A stretch of 63,712 nucleotides of DNA, the filler included, from Stramenopiles sp. TOSAG23-2 (Eukaryota): NCBI GenBank assembly GCA_900128395.1. It is 14 parts of 14 records of this genome, joined end to end, with 100 filler letters (N's around TTAATTAATTAA, not from the genome) between each part and the next. Parts side by side here need not be neighbours in the genome. Positions count along the whole stretch, not along the records: positions 57,716 to 62,407 come from LT650837.1; positions 62,508 to 63,712 come from LT653472.1; 12 more parts are not named here. One strand, given 5' to 3'. A model generated the notes under the pieces. The model worked only from the letters and a program-made list of their open reading frames with translations. It was not told the origin of the DNA and made no database searches. Every line of letters begins with the position of its first letter. Position 1 is the first letter of the stretch. A program made the position numbers and the translations under genes. Of this stretch, positions 61,023 through 63,712 are shown one piece after another.

Positions 61023-61865
61023 ATGCGTTTAATATTAATTCGTCATGCAGAGTCACATAATAATTTTGTATGGGATAAATTAACTACGAAATATCCAGTA
61101 TACGAAGAGAGACCTAAAAATTTTTACGATTTATACAATGCACAAAGAAATGCTGACCCAGAGTTATCAGAATTAGGATACAAGCAAGCCGAAGCAGTTG
61201 GTAAAGAAATATCAAAACGTTTAGTAACTTATGAAAAACCTATTGAATTACGTTCGTCTCCAATGAATCGTACGTTATTAACAACAACAGCTATTGAAAA
61301 AGAATGTGGCAATGATGTTTTCCCAACATTTCAAGTATATGAAGGTTATTTTGAACAAGGTGGATGTTTTGACAACGATTCAAAAGGTATACCAGGTCGT
61401 ACTGGGCAAGAAATTAGAAATGCATTTCCAAAAGCACAACCAAATTGGGATTTAGGAAAAGGTTGGTTTGAAGCTACATATAAAGATATGCCTGTTGAAC
61501 ACCGTGATTTAATTTTACCACGTGTTAAACGTGTTGTGGATGATATATGGAAAAACGATGTGCCACGATTAAAAAATGGTACGTTAATTGTTGTTGTACA
61601 TGGAAATTTCTTAGATGTCATGATAAAAGAATTATTATCTAGTAATAATGATTTGAATTTTTGTGCAATACATGAAAATACTGGAATTTCTTCATTTAAA
61701 TTGCAACATGATGCAGGTAAAATGAAAAATAAAAAAAGAGTATACATCGAAGGTATCAATTCATACCATCATTTGCTTCAAGATAAATTATCAAAAGCAG
61801 TTTTTTTAAATGAATTTAGTTATGAAGATTGTGGAATGGTGGATGATGCAGAGGGTGCGACTTAA
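61023..61865 (+). CDS. Histidine phosphatase (phosphoglycerate mutase-like)
   Basis: LILIRHAES, DPELSELG..QA, SSPMNRT and IVVVHG. Confidence 0.92.
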   Translation: MRLILIRHAESHNNFVWDKLTTKYPVYEERPKNFYDLYNAQRNADPELSELGYKQAEAVGKEISKRLVTYEKPIELRSSPMNRTLLTTTAIEKECGNDVFPTFQVYEGYFEQGGCFDNDSKGIPGRTGQEIRNAFPKAQPNWDLGKGWFEATYKDMPVEHRDLILPRVKRVVDDIWKNDVPRLKNGTLIVVVHGNFLDVMIKELLSSNNDLNFCAIHENTGISSFKLQHDAGKMKNKKRVYIEGINSYHHLLQDKLSKAVFLNEFSYEDCGMVDDAEGAT

Positions 61866-62507
61866 TATTATATATGCATATATATTTATATATATTGCTG
61901 GAATTTCCTCTCTTCTTTTATATATATATTTAAATATAAAAAATTTTATGTCTGTGGTATATGGGTAATTATCGTCGAAGGAGGTGCGTCAAGTCACATA
62001 TATAATATAAATAATATAATATTGATCTTCATTGAAATGATTACACACACATATCGAGATGGGCTGATCTTTGTTTAAGAGCAAGGTGTTCTCACCACAG
62101 TCACTGGAAAAAGAAGAGGATGCTGTTGGTGGGGTCGAGGAATAACGTGGAATGTGCGAATGATTTATTTTAATTATTATAAATATGACGATGAAGAGAG
62201 CCTATAATGGTGTGTCCATATATTAAATAAAATATAATTTTTGCTATTAATATATATATATAGAGGGATATTGTAGTTGGTAGTATATAATTATAAATAT
62301 TAATTATTACGAAGTAGGATAATTTGTATATATCCTCATATATGCGAATATAATCATCCCTTCCACTTGTTGATACCCGTTTGATCCATCTCTTTTATAT
62401 TGTTGTANNNNNNNNNNNNNNNNNNNNNNNNNNNNNNNNNNNNNNNNNNNNTTAATTAATTAANNNNNNNNNNNNNNNNNNNNNNNNNNNNNNNNNNNNN
62501 NNNNNNN

Positions 62508-63571
62508 AATACTTTGAAAAAACTATCCATACGGCGTTGAGTAGCTTTTCCACTAGCTTTCTCCAAACGTTTAATTTGGTTATTCACCCTATCCACATTA
62601 AATCCTTTGTCATCGCATAAAAATTTAAGTAATCCATCTTTATCCATTTTACCAAATTTCAATTTCACTTGATCGTTTGGAATACATGGATGATTTTTGA
62701 ACAATTTCCTTGCTTCTTCATATGGAAATTCTTTTGGAATCTTTTCACCGTCACCTTTGTCTTTTAAAAATTGTAAAACTTTTTCCAAGCTACCATGCTC
62801 TTTCATCAATTTAAATGCTGTTTTGCTACCAACACCACGAATACTATCCATGTAATCACAACCACATAAAATACATAAATCAATAAATTGATCCATAGTC
62901 ATTTTAAAACCTTGTAATACCTTTTCTAAATTGATTTCCATGACTGGTATTTTCTTCGATTCCGGTGCTGTGAATTTACGCAACAATTTAGTCGTACCAA
63001 ACGTCAAGGTATCCATATCCTCCGATGCAGCTGCAAATACATGTCCTTGTTTAGCTAACTCTGCACATTGTGCTTCTGCTTCCATTGGTGCTTCAACAAC
63101 TGGACAACCCATAAGACGTAATAATACTTTAATATCTTCATTATGTGCTTTTGTAACGCGTACAGTACGTTTTGACATTTGATCTTGCTTTTCAATGTCA
63201 CCGTCCTCTTGTGCTTGTTTCAATTCAGCAGCTGCTTTTTCTTTCGCTTCTTTACGTTTTTTCAACTCTCCACCTTTTAAATCTGGTGCTTTTCCATCAA
63301 ATACCCATACTGGTTTAATACCTTTTTCAAGTAAACGAATGGTACGTGAAAAAAAACCTTGAATATGGGAAGTGACTTCACCAGCCTCGTTGGTTAAGTT
63401 CATTTGTACACCATTGTTACTTGCTGATCGCACAGCAACCATGAATTGATATAAAGCCATAGATGCATCAATAGCAACTTTTGTACCTGTATATGCCTGT
63501 GGTCCTTTTTCTTCTTTAATAGCTTCTGGTGCTTCTTGATGAATTAATTTTGTTAAATTTTTAATACCCAT
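62508..63571 (-). CDS. FEN1: Flap endonuclease 1, 3' end cut by the contig edge
   Basis: MGIKNL, AIDASM, GEVTSH, WVFDGK, EAEAQCA, SEDMD, LCILCGCDY, GVG, and PIP box QRRMDSFF. Confidence 0.98.
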
Positions 63572-63712
63572 CTTATTTTTTTAATAATTTTATTCTGTTT
63601 TTTTCTCGTATATAATTTTATGCTTTCGTTCAGCTTGTGTGGATATCGTATGTATGAATAATGCCCCAATATGTATATATGTATATAATAATATAATTGA
63701 ATAGTATGATTG

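Overview
The window is not one continuous locus. It holds 14 unrelated eukaryotic contigs of about 4.7 kb, sorted by decreasing length and joined by artificial 100-nt linkers (44 N + TTAATTAATTAA + 44 N). The DNA is very AT-rich, gene-dense and intron-poor, uses the standard genetic code and encodes poly-Asn tracts. This fits a fragmented single-cell or metagenome assembly of a protist, probably a heterotrophic stramenopile (inference). Recognisable genes: Sec14/GOLD, a PKD2-like channel, DBP5, SUMO, long-form RNase Z, a bacterial-type TGT, NIP7, a TPR protein, an FAD monooxygenase (one intron, one frameshift), an alkyl sulfatase-type MBL hydrolase, a YAK1-like kinase, a CsgA-like SDR, a histidine phosphatase and FEN1. 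Most notable: (1) recurrent intergenic scars of the form 5-bp duplication around CAG/CTG, with one filled-versus-empty comparison inside the window; (2) a 1.2-kb TA-flanked element built from about 14 palindromes with mixed half-sites; (3) a signal peptide-TM-LRGG-OTU-coiled coil-NLS-Zn ribbon protein next to SUMO, possibly self-releasing from the membrane; (4) a large secreted helical protein with a pore-former-like hairpin; (5) a J-domain/zf-PARP/BRCT fusion; (6) a candidate 3'UTR motif, TACGAGTA. Several other oddities are probably amplification or assembly artifacts.
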